55,768 nucleotides of DNA from the NCBI GenBank assembly GCA_944377825.1, contig CALWGA010000040.1:1-55768 (forward strand), written 5' to 3'. The DNA is from an uncultured Clostridia bacterium (lineage in GTDB: Bacteria; Bacillota; Clostridia; Christensenellales; UBA1242). How positions within the stretch are numbered: the first letter of the stretch is position 1; every line of letters starts with the position of its first letter. Positions 7,679 to 17,526 of this stretch are shown here, piece by piece. The position numbers and the translations under genes were made by a program. Below the pieces are notes generated by a model. That model was not told where the DNA came from. It was given only the letters and a program-made list of their open reading frames with translations, and searched no databases.

Positions 7679-9577
7679 ATGGAAAACCTTTCAAAAGATA
7701 TTGTAGCAATCGCTGTTAAATATTTTAATATGAGTGAAGAAGAGGCGGTTTCTGCTCTTAATAAAGCGAGAAAAAGGGCTAATTATAGTGAAGAAATTTT
7801 ATATTTAATTTTAACTGCAGTCGAGCCATATTTTGAAAGATATATCAATGTGACGGCTAAAGAACTACAAAGAAAAATCGGAAGGGTGGCGTTTACCAAA
7901 ATAAATTATTCCGCTTTGCATGATAATAGCGAAACATCATCACAAGTTTGGTCAAGACTCAAGGACTTTTTTAAAGACACGAGTAATTATGGCATAAATC
8001 CATACGAAATTTTCTATTCTTCAGTTATCACAAACGCACATTTATTTACAAATAGAGAAGGAAATTTCAGTAATTATAAAGAGACAATATACAATTTTAA
8101 CGCTGTTTCAAGTGCAATAGAAAAACGATTAGGTTTGGCAAGTAAAAAGGTTGCTAATATGTATGAGAAATGCTCTTCGCTTTGCTATAAGGCTGACACG
8201 CTAAAGGTGAGAAATAATTACAGCACTATTAGAGAGTTTTTCTATGGCGATGACTACATATTAAGTATTATTGATGTTAAGGAAATTTTTAGAAATAATC
8301 CCTCTCTTTTCACTTGCTCCGATCGTCAAATAAGAAATGCCTTTTTCTATTTAACCGAAAAAGCAGAGATTTTTAAAACAAGGTTTGAAGATAGTCGAAA
8401 GGTCGGCGAGATTCTTCGTGAGTGGATTATGAGTAACTCCTCTGCTCTCACAATTAACGAACAATGTATGCGAGTCAAAGAGAAGAGAATTTATGACACT
8501 TTATCAAAAGTTTATCCGCAAGATAAGGTTATGAATATAATAAATTCCATATTTGAAAATCCAACCAGCATTTGCGCCATCAATAAAATCTCATCTGACT
8601 TTTTCTACGGCAAAACTGGTAACAACTATGTTGGTGTGATAAAGACGATTGCCTATTTTTTGGATAATTCTCAAAACGGCAAGCCAAAAGAGAATACATA
8701 TAACTATCTTTTGAACACCAAACTTCTCTATTCTGTCGACTATAAAAAACTCTTTGCCTTTCTTAAAAAGGTTAAGGAATATGATGAGAAAAACAAGACT
8801 GAACTTTTGAAATCGTTTACAGATAAGGGCGACGCCATATATCCATATTTCGAGAAATATAGCGATGAAGAGATAATTGAGAAACTTAGAGCGAATAAAA
8901 TTACATATCCTATCAAACTCTACAACATGACAAAAAATATGATTGCGCAAAAGTTTTATGAGATTTTTTCGCCATATCCAGAAGAGAGTTTTGCTTTTTT
9001 AGAAAAATTATTGCATGAGAATTACAATCATGAGGCTATCTGCAAAAATTTGGCTGAGCCTGAAGGATATCTTGACCTTATCATTGAGTCTAAGGATAGT
9101 CATCAAAGGGTGTTTTATACCGAGATGTTAAAAAGTGGCGTCGATAGCTTTTTGGGTGTGTGCCATGAGTATGAATACAAGTATATCAAAAAAAGCTTAA
9201 TAGAGGAAATGAAAGATTTTGACTCGCAGGTTGAATTTTTTATTTCTAACATCGATGACCTTTATGAGAAAGGCGTTGACTCGGCGAAGAAAAGGTATGA
9301 TAATATTGAAACTTTATACGCCACATTTAAGAAGAATACGGAAGAAAAGTTATCTAAAAATAATAATCCAATTCTAAGGCAAGAGCAGTTTTTAGAAAAG
9401 TTAGACGGCGTGATTGAAGGTATTAAAAAATCGCTTCCAGACAAGCAACTTTCCTTGTATGACACAAAAGTGAGTGAAGATGATGAAAAATATAAAACTC
9501 TTCAAATACTAAACGATGTTAAACATAGTTTAATGCGTAATTTTGGAAAAGATGAAAAAATAAAAGAAAAGGCTTGA
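7679..9577 (+). CDS. hypothetical alpha-helical repeat protein (mTERF-like repeats, putative C-terminal clamp-binding motif)
   Basis: 632-aa ORF with its own TTGACA-17-TAAAAT promoter, SD and terminator. Repeat-like segments such as VKEIFRNNPSLFTCSDRQIRNAFFYL; QLSLY near the C-terminus. The ORF is well supported; the fold call is tentative. Confidence 0.5.
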   Translation: MENLSKDIVAIAVKYFNMSEEEAVSALNKARKRANYSEEILYLILTAVEPYFERYINVTAKELQRKIGRVAFTKINYSALHDNSETSSQVWSRLKDFFKDTSNYGINPYEIFYSSVITNAHLFTNREGNFSNYKETIYNFNAVSSAIEKRLGLASKKVANMYEKCSSLCYKADTLKVRNNYSTIREFFYGDDYILSIIDVKEIFRNNPSLFTCSDRQIRNAFFYLTEKAEIFKTRFEDSRKVGEILREWIMSNSSALTINEQCMRVKEKRIYDTLSKVYPQDKVMNIINSIFENPTSICAINKISSDFFYGKTGNNYVGVIKTIAYFLDNSQNGKPKENTYNYLLNTKLLYSVDYKKLFAFLKKVKEYDEKNKTELLKSFTDKGDAIYPYFEKYSDEEIIEKLRANKITYPIKLYNMTKNMIAQKFYEIFSPYPEESFAFLEKLLHENYNHEAICKNLAEPEGYLDLIIESKDSHQRVFYTEMLKSGVDSFLGVCHEYEYKYIKKSLIEEMKDFDSQVEFFISNIDDLYEKGVDSAKKRYDNIETLYATFKKNTEEKLSKNNNPILRQEQFLEKLDGVIEGIKKSLPDKQLSLYDTKVSEDDEKYKTLQILNDVKHSLMRNFGKDEKIKEKA

Positions 9578-9594
9578 ATTATAAATCTAACTAA

Positions 9595-9645
9595 TAAAAA
9601 ATCTTCTGTGATAATCTTTTTACCACAGAAGATTTTTTATTTTTT
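9595..9645 (+). terminator. intrinsic terminator
   Basis: AAAAAATCTTCTGTG...CACAGAAGATTTTTT. Confidence 0.8.
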
Positions 9646-9842
9646 CAAATTTAAACTACATAATATAAGTTTATTAAATTAAATTTTACCTTTTAGAGCA
9701 ATTATAGAACCTTTGTGTGTATTCAAAAGTGGATAGGAAATTGTGACTTATTTCATCTTTCTCAAATCTTTTTATTATTTCATTAATTTGTTTGCAAATA
9801 TTTTTCTTTTATATTATAATAGATTTGTTTTAAGGAGTATTT

Positions 9843-10409
9843 ATGAATGAAATGGTGGATGAGATTTTTTCTTCGCTTAAAAATGATTTAGAAAAAGCAT
9901 ATTCTCATCAACAAGATGAATATCTTGTTATAAGAGCGGGGCGTGCTAACCCTCATATCTTAGATAAGGTTATGGTGGAATATTATGGAGTTATGACGCC
10001 AATCAACCAAATGGGCACAATCTCAGTTTCAGAAGCGAGAATTTTAAATATCAACATTTGGGATGTCAGCCAGATTAAGAACGTTGTGAAGGCGATAAAT
10101 CAGGCGGATATTGGCATTTCTCCAACCGATGACGGCAAAACGATTAGACTTGTCTTTCCAGCGCTAACCGAAGAGCGTCGTAAGGAAATTTGCAAAAATG
10201 TTAAAAAGATTTGCGAAGAGACCAAGGTTGCTATGCGTAACGCTAGGCGTGACAGCCTTGATATGCTTAAAGACCTAAAGAAAGACAACGCGCTCTCTGA
10301 GGATGAACTTTCAGGCTACGAAAAAGACGTTCAAAAGATGATTGATAAATACACCTCTCTTGCCGACGACCTCGCGAGTGAGAAAGAAGACGAGATTATG
10401 AAAGTTTAA
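9843..10409 (+). CDS. frr: ribosome recycling factor
   Basis: IRAGRANPHILD, VEYYG, FPALTEERRKE, KVAMRNARRD. Confidence 0.98.
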   Translation: MNEMVDEIFSSLKNDLEKAYSHQQDEYLVIRAGRANPHILDKVMVEYYGVMTPINQMGTISVSEARILNINIWDVSQIKNVVKAINQADIGISPTDDGKTIRLVFPALTEERRKEICKNVKKICEETKVAMRNARRDSLDMLKDLKKDNALSEDELSGYEKDVQKMIDKYTSLADDLASEKEDEIMKV

Positions 10410-10418
10410 TGGAGTTTT

Positions 10419-11105
10419 ATGAAAAATTTACCTACTCACATCGCTTTTATCATGGACGGCAACAGGCGTTGGGCAAAAAGGCGTGGGCTAAACAAGATGC
10501 TAGGTCACAAAAAGGGTGCAGAGGTGCTTGTTGATGTTATAAAATATCTAAACGAGATAAAAGAAATCAAATTTGCCTCATTTTTTGCCTTTTCCACTGA
10601 GAATTGGAATAGAGAACAGGCGGAAATCGATGCCCTTTTTGAAATTATCGAAGATATGTTTAACGCTCATGAGGAGGAACTTAATAACCTTGATATTAAG
10701 GTTAGGATATTGGGCGATATCACGCGTTTTCCTGTTTCTTTGCAAGAAAAACTTATAAAAGTGCAGGAAAACACCCAAAATAATAGTGGTCTCACTGTGC
10801 TTATGGCGTTAAACTATGGCGGAAAAGGCGATATTGTGCAGGCGGTCAACAAACTTATCAAAAGTGGGAAAAGCGAAATTAGCGAAGTGGACATTTCAAA
10901 AAGCCTTTTGACCTATCCAGCGCCAGACATCGACTTTTTGATAAGAACGAGCGGGGAGCAGAGAATTTCAAACTTTATGCTTTATAATCTTGCTTACAGC
11001 GAAATATATTTTCCAAAATATTATTGGCCATCATTAAGTAAAAAAAGGCTACTTAGGGCCTTAAAAATTTATAGTAATAGAAACAGAAGATTTGGAGGAA
11101 ATTAA
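10419..11105 (+). CDS. uppS: undecaprenyl diphosphate synthase (isoprenyl transferase)
   Basis: PTHIAFIMDGNRRWA, FAFSTENWNR, NYGG, IRTSGEQRISNF. Confidence 0.97.
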   Translation: MKNLPTHIAFIMDGNRRWAKRRGLNKMLGHKKGAEVLVDVIKYLNEIKEIKFASFFAFSTENWNREQAEIDALFEIIEDMFNAHEEELNNLDIKVRILGDITRFPVSLQEKLIKVQENTQNNSGLTVLMALNYGGKGDIVQAVNKLIKSGKSEISEVDISKSLLTYPAPDIDFLIRTSGEQRISNFMLYNLAYSEIYFPKYYWPSLSKKRLLRALKIYSNRNRRFGGN

Positions 11106-12067
11106 TGAAAAAACGAGTGTTTTCATCAGTGTTAATCGTGCTAATACTAGCAATTTTATTCGTGCTGAAAATCTTTGTCAGCGACTATTTCTTCGACGCG
11201 TTTTTTGGCGTTATTGCCTGCATTGCAGCGTTTGAAATGTCGAGACTACTTTCTAAAACAAAACGATATAATTTTCAAGTGTTATCGGTGATTTTTCCAG
11301 CATTAATTTTAGCAAGCCACCTATTATGCGTAAGTTTTGCAAGCACTCAAAGCGATATTTATTGGATTTTATGGGCAATTCTCATCGACTTTGCTCTTAT
11401 GCTCGTGGTGCTTGGAGGCACTTATCTCATTCAACTTATGCGCAGAAAAAAGGTGCTTGAAGAGATGACAACGCGCGAAGTTAAGAATATGTCGGTCTAT
11501 AAATTTACCTTCAAAAAGTGTCTAAACACTCTTCTTGTGTTTGTTTATCCAGCCTTTTTCTTCCTATTCATGATTTTTGTCAACCATATGGGCGATTTGC
11601 CACTTGCAAAGTTCACTGACCTTTCCGTTGACTTTTCAATATTCATCTTGATGACGGCGATTTTAATTCCTATGTTCTCCGACACCTTTGCTATGCTCAC
11701 TGGCTCACTTATCGGTGGCAAGAAACTTTGTCCAAGAATCAGCCCAGGGAAAACCATCTCTGGCACTGTTGGTGGCGCGGTTTGGACGCTTCTTCTTATG
11801 TCGGCGGTTTGGCTCATCTTTGCCAACATCAACGGCTACGACTTTATGTGGTCAAGTTTTCCAATTTGGGCATATCTAATAATTGTGCTTATCGGCGTCG
11901 GCGTGGCAGTTGTGGGCGATTTGTTTGAAAGCATCCTAAAGCGTCATTCTGGCGTTAAAGACACAGGGCGTCTTATTCCAGGGCACGGCGGAATGCTTGA
12001 TAGAATTGATTCCTACATCTTCATCGCACCATACATCATGCTTGCATTTTGGATTTTTGCACTATAA
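11105..12067 (+). CDS. cdsA: phosphatidate cytidylyltransferase
   Basis: SDTFA, ISPGKT, GDLFESILKR..GVKDTG..IPGHGGMLDRIDS. Confidence 0.96.
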   Translation: MKKRVFSSVLIVLILAILFVLKIFVSDYFFDAFFGVIACIAAFEMSRLLSKTKRYNFQVLSVIFPALILASHLLCVSFASTQSDIYWILWAILIDFALMLVVLGGTYLIQLMRRKKVLEEMTTREVKNMSVYKFTFKKCLNTLLVFVYPAFFFLFMIFVNHMGDLPLAKFTDLSVDFSIFILMTAILIPMFSDTFAMLTGSLIGGKKLCPRISPGKTISGTVGGAVWTLLLMSAVWLIFANINGYDFMWSSFPIWAYLIIVLIGVGVAVVGDLFESILKRHSGVKDTGRLIPGHGGMLDRIDSYIFIAPYIMLAFWIFAL

Positions 12068-12167
12068 TATATAGGAACAACTTAAAATATCTACATTTTG
12101 ACACGTCATTTTTAACAACTTGCTAAACAAATGATTTTGAGATACTCATGAAACTATAGGAGTTTAT

Positions 12168-13376
12168 ATGACAACATTTTGGTATGTGTTGCTGGCAATA
12201 GTGATTCTTCTGTTCATGGTTATGGTTCATGAGTTAGGTCACTATATAGCAGGCAAAATTTTAAAATTTAAAATCACAGAATTTTCCATTGGTTTTGGCA
12301 AAGCCATCTTTTCTCGTACCTCTAAAAAGACAGGCGAAAAGTTTTCACTTCGTATCTTTCCGCTGGGCGGATATTGCTCGTTCTATGGCGAAGATGACGA
12401 CGGCACGGCGGAAAAAACCGAAAAAGGCGAGTTAGAAAAGAGTGATGTAGAAGTCGTTGACGCAGAAAAAATAAAAAAAGTTGACGGAGTGCCTTTCAAC
12501 AGTCAAAAACCTTGGAAAAGGATAATCGTCTTTCTTGCAGGCGTCACCATGAATTTCATAACCGCCATTCTCTTTTCGTGGATTCTACTTTGCACGGTGG
12601 GCTATGATATTCCGCAGATTATCGACTATAGCGCAACCATAAATGTCGATGAAAGCGGGCATAGCATTTTTCAAGAGGGCGATGTTATCACACATATCAA
12701 TGGGCAAAAAATCGACTTTGCTTTTGGTGTGAATTTTAATACCGCCATCTCCAATCAAAAAGATGCGGCGAAAGAATACTACGAAAGCGAAAACTATGAC
12801 GGTGGAGAATATGTCTTTAATATGACTGTTCGCCGTGACGGAGAGAGCATTCCATTAGATAATGTCAAAATAATTCAAGAAACCGTGACCGAAACGAACG
12901 CCGAAACTGGCGAAGTGACAACAAGTTATGTCTACCTTATGGGCCTAGAAAGCACGGAAGATAGGGTCTGCACACAGGCATATAAATATGGATTTTTCGA
13001 AGGCCTAGGTCGCTCGTTTTCCATGGCGTTTGGCTTTGCTTGGGTGGTGCTTAAGAGCCTTTGGATGCTTATCACCTTCCAAATCCCTATCACAGAAATG
13101 GGCGGAACGATAACAACAATCGCCACAATGGCGGAGTATTCAGCGATAAATCCAGCAAATCTTTTAATTTTCATTCCACTTATCTCGGCGAACCTTGCCG
13201 TGTTCAACCTGTTGCCATTTCCAGCATTAGACGGAGCACATGTGCTGTTCACCGTCATTGAATGGATACGCGGAAAGCCGATAAACAGAAAGGTAGAAAA
13301 CACCATTCACTTTGTCGGCATATGCATCCTCTTTGCCTTTGTCGTCATCGTCGACATTCTCCACTTTGTGCTTTAG
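12168..13376 (+). CDS. rseP: RIP metalloprotease RseP (site-2 protease)
   Basis: HELGH zinc motif, FSIGFG, PLGGY, PDZ-like region, NLLPFPALDG. Confidence 0.95.
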   Translation: MTTFWYVLLAIVILLFMVMVHELGHYIAGKILKFKITEFSIGFGKAIFSRTSKKTGEKFSLRIFPLGGYCSFYGEDDDGTAEKTEKGELEKSDVEVVDAEKIKKVDGVPFNSQKPWKRIIVFLAGVTMNFITAILFSWILLCTVGYDIPQIIDYSATINVDESGHSIFQEGDVITHINGQKIDFAFGVNFNTAISNQKDAAKEYYESENYDGGEYVFNMTVRRDGESIPLDNVKIIQETVTETNAETGEVTTSYVYLMGLESTEDRVCTQAYKYGFFEGLGRSFSMAFGFAWVVLKSLWMLITFQIPITEMGGTITTIATMAEYSAINPANLLIFIPLISANLAVFNLLPFPALDGAHVLFTVIEWIRGKPINRKVENTIHFVGICILFAFVVIVDILHFVL

Positions 13377-13401
13377 AGCATAGCAAACGCTATGCTTTTT
13401 T
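13375..13401 (+). terminator. intrinsic terminator after rseP
   Basis: AGAGCATAGC-aaac-GCTATGCTTT followed by T-run. Confidence 0.8.
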
Positions 13402-13496
13402 GTTAGGTATAAGATTTATTAGACGCTATATTAAAAATCATCATATAATTTAAAACAATTTCACTTAATTAAAAGCAAATATTAATCAAAAACGAC

Positions 13497-13525
13497 TTGA
13501 CAAAATGGCGGGTAGTTTATAAAAT
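13497..13525 (+). promoter_or_regulatory. sigma-A promoter (probably leaderless transcript)
   Basis: TTGACA-17-TAAAAT; ATG 13533 lies 7 nt downstream; no SD. Confidence 0.7.
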
Positions 13526-13532
13526 ATATAGT

Positions 13533-15062
13533 ATGAATTTTGAGCAGGAATTTAGCAAAAAGTTTGGCGATAGGTTTCCAAATTTATACTTAAAAAATGT
13601 TGTGGTGAGTGGGGACACTTGCACGGTGACCTTCCTTTATCCATCCGCTGACGAAACGCTCACTGACGCCGAAAAAGAGGAAATAACAAAGTTTGTGGAA
13701 GAAAAGTTGGGACTTGTCAATTTAAAACTTAAGGTTAAATTCATGAAGGCGTATGTTGAAGAAAAGTTGATAAGAAAGGAACTTTCTATCATTTTGGAAG
13801 ATAAGTTTAAGTTGCTAAACACCTATATTCACGATGAAGATATCAAAGTGGAGATAACAAACATCGACTGCACAATTACTTTTGATGTCAGTCCGAGACT
13901 ATCGCAATTTTTTGCCGATAACAAGGTGTCGTCATATCTTGCAAAGTTATTAAAAGATAACTTTCTAATGAACTTCAATATAAATTTAAATGTTTTAGCC
14001 GACAAAATAGACGAAGTAGATTTAGACGATATTAAGGTTAAAACGCCGTCTTATAAAACGCAAAGATATGATGTTTTGGTTATCAAAGATGTCATCGGCA
14101 AAGACATACCGCCAAAGCCAGAGTATATTTCAAACATTCAATATCCAAAATCGGCGGTCATACTTGCAGGCTATATTTCCGACCTTGAGCGCAAAGATTT
14201 TGTCATCAAAAAGGGCGCGCGTGCTGGTCAGCAAAAGGCGTATTATAAATTCAACCTAATAGATAGGAAAGGTAGAATGGAGTGTATTTATTTTTGCCCT
14301 AAGAAGAACGAAAGAGATATGGACGCGCTGGAAGAGAATATGTTTTTGCTTTTGCATGGAGATGTCAGGCTTGGGCTTAACGGCAAACTGACGCTGTATG
14401 TCGACAAACTTGCGCTTGCCAGCGAAACAGAACAAAAAGAAGAAATTCAAGCGCCAACGGAGGCAAGAGAAATTGAGATTGAGAGGCTTGGTGCACTTGA
14501 GCAAGACAGCATGTTTGGTGCGGTGGAGAAGTATAACCATAAGATTATGGATAATAACATCGTGGTGTTCGACGTGGAGACGACAGGGCTGAATCCAGAA
14601 ACTGACCAAATAATCGAACTTGGCGCGGTTAAGATTGAAAAGGGGAATATCGTTGAAAAGTTTTCCACTTTCGTCAAGCCAACCATTGAAATACCATATG
14701 AGGTCACAGAACTTACGCATATCACAAACGAAATGGTGGAGGATGCGCCAGATATTGAGGACGTCATCAGACAATTCTACGATTTTTCGAAGGACTGCGT
14801 GCTGTGCGGACATAACATCATCAACTTTGACATCAAGTTTATAAGGCGTTTTGGAAGTTTGCAGAACTTAAACTTTGACAACAACATAATCGACACCATG
14901 AATGAGGCGAGAGTTTCTAGGCTTAAAATTTCGCGTTTCAACCTTGGCACTGTGACGAAGGCGCTGGGTATTGAACTTAAGGGCGCGCACAGAGCGTGGA
15001 ACGACGCTTTTGCCACCGCACAGGTGCTTTTGAAACTAAACGAAATCGGCAGAAAGATGTAG
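13533..15062 (+). CDS. PolC-derived protein: N-terminal domains + OB fold + DEDDh 3'-5' exonuclease, lacking PHP and polymerase core
   Basis: Sits at the polC position between rseP and rimP. OB-like segment (ILAGYISDLERK..YKFNLID..LLLHGDV); exonuclease motifs VVFDVETTG, GHN..NFD and HRAWNDA. Only 509 aa, then a stop. Confidence 0.85.
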   Translation: MNFEQEFSKKFGDRFPNLYLKNVVVSGDTCTVTFLYPSADETLTDAEKEEITKFVEEKLGLVNLKLKVKFMKAYVEEKLIRKELSIILEDKFKLLNTYIHDEDIKVEITNIDCTITFDVSPRLSQFFADNKVSSYLAKLLKDNFLMNFNINLNVLADKIDEVDLDDIKVKTPSYKTQRYDVLVIKDVIGKDIPPKPEYISNIQYPKSAVILAGYISDLERKDFVIKKGARAGQQKAYYKFNLIDRKGRMECIYFCPKKNERDMDALEENMFLLLHGDVRLGLNGKLTLYVDKLALASETEQKEEIQAPTEAREIEIERLGALEQDSMFGAVEKYNHKIMDNNIVVFDVETTGLNPETDQIIELGAVKIEKGNIVEKFSTFVKPTIEIPYEVTELTHITNEMVEDAPDIEDVIRQFYDFSKDCVLCGHNIINFDIKFIRRFGSLQNLNFDNNIIDTMNEARVSRLKISRFNLGTVTKALGIELKGAHRAWNDAFATAQVLLKLNEIGRKM

Positions 15063-15255
15063 AAAAATTTTACAAATTCATAAATTATCAGGGATATTTT
15101 TCTAAATCAATTCAAATTTTTAAGCATTTTTCGGTTTAAAGATTAAATTAATCGTTAAAAAAGCAAAATAATAGGATAATTTCTTTATATTTTTTGAAAA
15201 ATCTATTAAAAAATCTTGCTTTTTTATAAATTATAGGTTATAATATAACTATGCT

Positions 15256-15291
15256 AGAGGCAGGGAGTGGGCAATGTTTGCTCACTCTTTG
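15256..15291 (+). promoter_or_regulatory. rimP-nusA-infB leader hairpin/attenuator
   Basis: GGGAGTGGGCAA-tgt-TTGCTCACTCT followed by TTG, downstream of TTGCTT..TATAAT; resembles the GAGTGGG..CCACTC leader of Firmicute rimP operons. Confidence 0.65.
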
Positions 15292-15310
15292 TGTTAATAG
15301 GAGGAAAAAT

Positions 15311-15769
15311 ATGGCAAAAGTCAAAGAGATAAGCGAAGCAAAAATTCGACCTATCATCGAAGAAATGGGCTATGAACTTGTTGATGTGGAATATAAGAAG
15401 GAATATGACGGCATGAGCCTTATCTTCACAATCGACAAGGAGGAGGGCGTGACCATCGATGATTGCGAAAAGGTCAACAAGGTTATCGACCCCATTATCG
15501 ACGAACTCAATCCAACCGACGACCAACCTTTCACTTTGGTGGTTTCAAGTCCGGGCTTAGATAGGCAACTTAAAACTGACCGCGATTTAAAACGCACTGT
15601 CGGCAAAGATGTGACCGTCACTCTCTTTTCAAAGGTAAATGGAAAGAAGAATTTTGAAGGAACGCTCATTTCATACGACGAAAAAACGATTAAAGTCAAA
15701 GTTAAGGATGAGGAAATGACTTTCGACCGCGACAAGATTGCAGGGCTGAAACTTGTCATTAAATTTTAA
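15311..15769 (+). CDS. rimP: ribosome maturation factor RimP
   Basis: GYELVDVEY, IDDCEKV, LVVSSPGLDR; ATG 15311 after AGGAGG. Confidence 0.97.
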   Translation: MAKVKEISEAKIRPIIEEMGYELVDVEYKKEYDGMSLIFTIDKEEGVTIDDCEKVNKVIDPIIDELNPTDDQPFTLVVSSPGLDRQLKTDRDLKRTVGKDVTVTLFSKVNGKKNFEGTLISYDEKTIKVKVKDEEMTFDRDKIAGLKLVIKF

Positions 15770-15790
15770 AGGAAATTAAAGGAGAAAATA

Positions 15791-16951
15791 ATGGTAAACA
15801 AAGATTTTTTTAAGGCGCTAGACGACTTAGAACAGGAAAGAAAAATAGACAAAGAGACTTTCATTCAAACACTTGAAACCGCTTTAACATCGGCATATAA
15901 GAAGATGTATGGCGAGGCAAAAAGTGCCATGGTTAAACTCTATCCAGAGCGCAACACGATAAGAATTTATTCCTATAAGACGGTTGTTGACAATGTTGAG
16001 GACGAGGATAAAGAAATTTCGCTTGAAGAGGCAAGAAAAACCAAAAAGTCCTATAAAGTCGGCGACATCGTGGCAGTTGAAGAGACCACAAAGGACTTTG
16101 GAAGAATTGCCGCTCAAACTGCTAAGCAAGTTGTTATGCAAAAGTTGAGAGAACTTGAAAGACAACAGGCAGCAAGCGAACTTTCTGAAAAAGAGGACGA
16201 ACTTTTAACCACAGTTGTTAAGCGTATCGACGGCGATAACGTTTTTGTGACCATTCCTGGCACGAACACCGAAGGCGCACTTATGAAGCAAGACCAAATT
16301 CCAGGTGACAAATTTCAAGTCGGTGACAGAGTTAAGGTCTATGTTAAAAAGATAAAAGACTCCTTCCGCGGTCCACAAATTCAGGTTTCAAGAAGCAACA
16401 TCGGTTTTGTTAGAAAACTTTTTGAACTTGAAATTCCTGAGATTGCAAGTGGCGAGGTTATCATTAAAAACATTGCACGTGACCCTGGCAACAGAACAAA
16501 GGTGGCAGTTTACAGCGAAAAACCTAATGTTGACGCAGTGGGCGCATGTGTTGGTAACCGTGGCTCAAGAATCAACACCATTGTCAACGAACTCAACGGC
16601 GAAAAGGTTGATTTGGTGGAATATTCTGACGACCCACTTGAATACATTGCAAGATCGTTGAGCCCAGCGAAAGTGCTTTCAGTGGAGACAAACGATAGTT
16701 TGAATATGAGTCAAGTCATCGTTCCTGACGACAAACTTTCACTTGCCATCGGCAAAGGCGGACAAAATGTTAGGTTGGCTGCAAAACTTACAGGCTGGAA
16801 GATTGATGTTAAGCCTGAAAGTTATGTTAAACCTGTGAAAGACAACAAAGAGCCTGAATATGAACTCACAGAACTTGAGGATGACACCTCTTTTGACACA
16901 ATGAGCGATTTTGACGACCTTGAAGAAATCAACGGAGACGAAGAAAACTGA
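15791..16951 (+). CDS. nusA: transcription termination/antitermination factor NusA
   Basis: FGRIAAQTAKQV, FELEIPEI, ARDPGNRTKVAV, LAIGKGGQNVRLA. Confidence 0.99.
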   Translation: MVNKDFFKALDDLEQERKIDKETFIQTLETALTSAYKKMYGEAKSAMVKLYPERNTIRIYSYKTVVDNVEDEDKEISLEEARKTKKSYKVGDIVAVEETTKDFGRIAAQTAKQVVMQKLRELERQQAASELSEKEDELLTTVVKRIDGDNVFVTIPGTNTEGALMKQDQIPGDKFQVGDRVKVYVKKIKDSFRGPQIQVSRSNIGFVRKLFELEIPEIASGEVIIKNIARDPGNRTKVAVYSEKPNVDAVGACVGNRGSRINTIVNELNGEKVDLVEYSDDPLEYIARSLSPAKVLSVETNDSLNMSQVIVPDDKLSLAIGKGGQNVRLAAKLTGWKIDVKPESYVKPVKDNKEPEYELTELEDDTSFDTMSDFDDLEEINGDEEN

Positions 16952-17208
16952 TGCAAGAAAGATTAAGAATGTGCATTGTTTGCCGAGAGCGTAGTGACAA
17001 AAAGGAACTTGTGCGCGTGGTAAAGAATAAAAACGGCGAAATATTCTTAGATAAAACTGGCAAGGCGAACGGCAGAGGTGCGTATGTCTGCAAGTCGAAG
17101 GAATGTTTCGACAAACTGAAAAAGACAAGGGCGTTAAATAGGGCTTTCAAATGTGAAATTCCGCTTGAGGTTTATGAGAAATTAGGAGAAGAGATTGAAA
17201 ACGCTTAA
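16951..17208 (+). CDS. ylxR: YlxR/RnpM family RNA-binding protein
   Basis: RMCIVC, KELVRVV, GRGAYVC; synteny. Confidence 0.95.
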   Translation: MQERLRMCIVCRERSDKKELVRVVKNKNGEIFLDKTGKANGRGAYVCKSKECFDKLKKTRALNRAFKCEIPLEVYEKLGEEIENA

Positions 17209-17473
17209 CGGACTTTTAAATATCTGCCGAAAGGCTGGATATCTTATAATCGGCGGAGAAAATATCAAAAACAATCCGCATAAAATGTATCTTATAATAC
17301 TTGATAAGTCGGCTGGCTCTTCACTCAAACGCGAAATGAATTACACGGCAAATGGTCGCGGTATTCAACTTGTTGAAATCTCAAATCTTGAAGAGATAAT
17401 CGATATTGTTAACTGCAAGGCGGTGGCAGTGAAAAATAAGGCGCTTAGCGAAGAGATTATTAAACTAATTTGA
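17195..17473 (+). CDS. ylxQ: L7Ae/YlxQ family protein
   Basis: LLNICRKAGYLIIG; TTG start after AGGAG; lies between ylxR and infB. Confidence 0.85.
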   Translation: MKTLNGLLNICRKAGYLIIGGENIKNNPHKMYLIILDKSAGSSLKREMNYTANGRGIQLVEISNLEEIIDIVNCKAVAVKNKALSEEIIKLI

Positions 17474-17526
17474 AAAATTGACGCTTGATATATAAATAAT
17501 CGACATATTTTTAAAAGGAGAACAAT

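Noticed and set aside
13497-13532. ORF-track TTG start of the PolC-like gene
   Set aside because: That TTG is the start of the -35 box TTGACA; ATG 13533 fits better.
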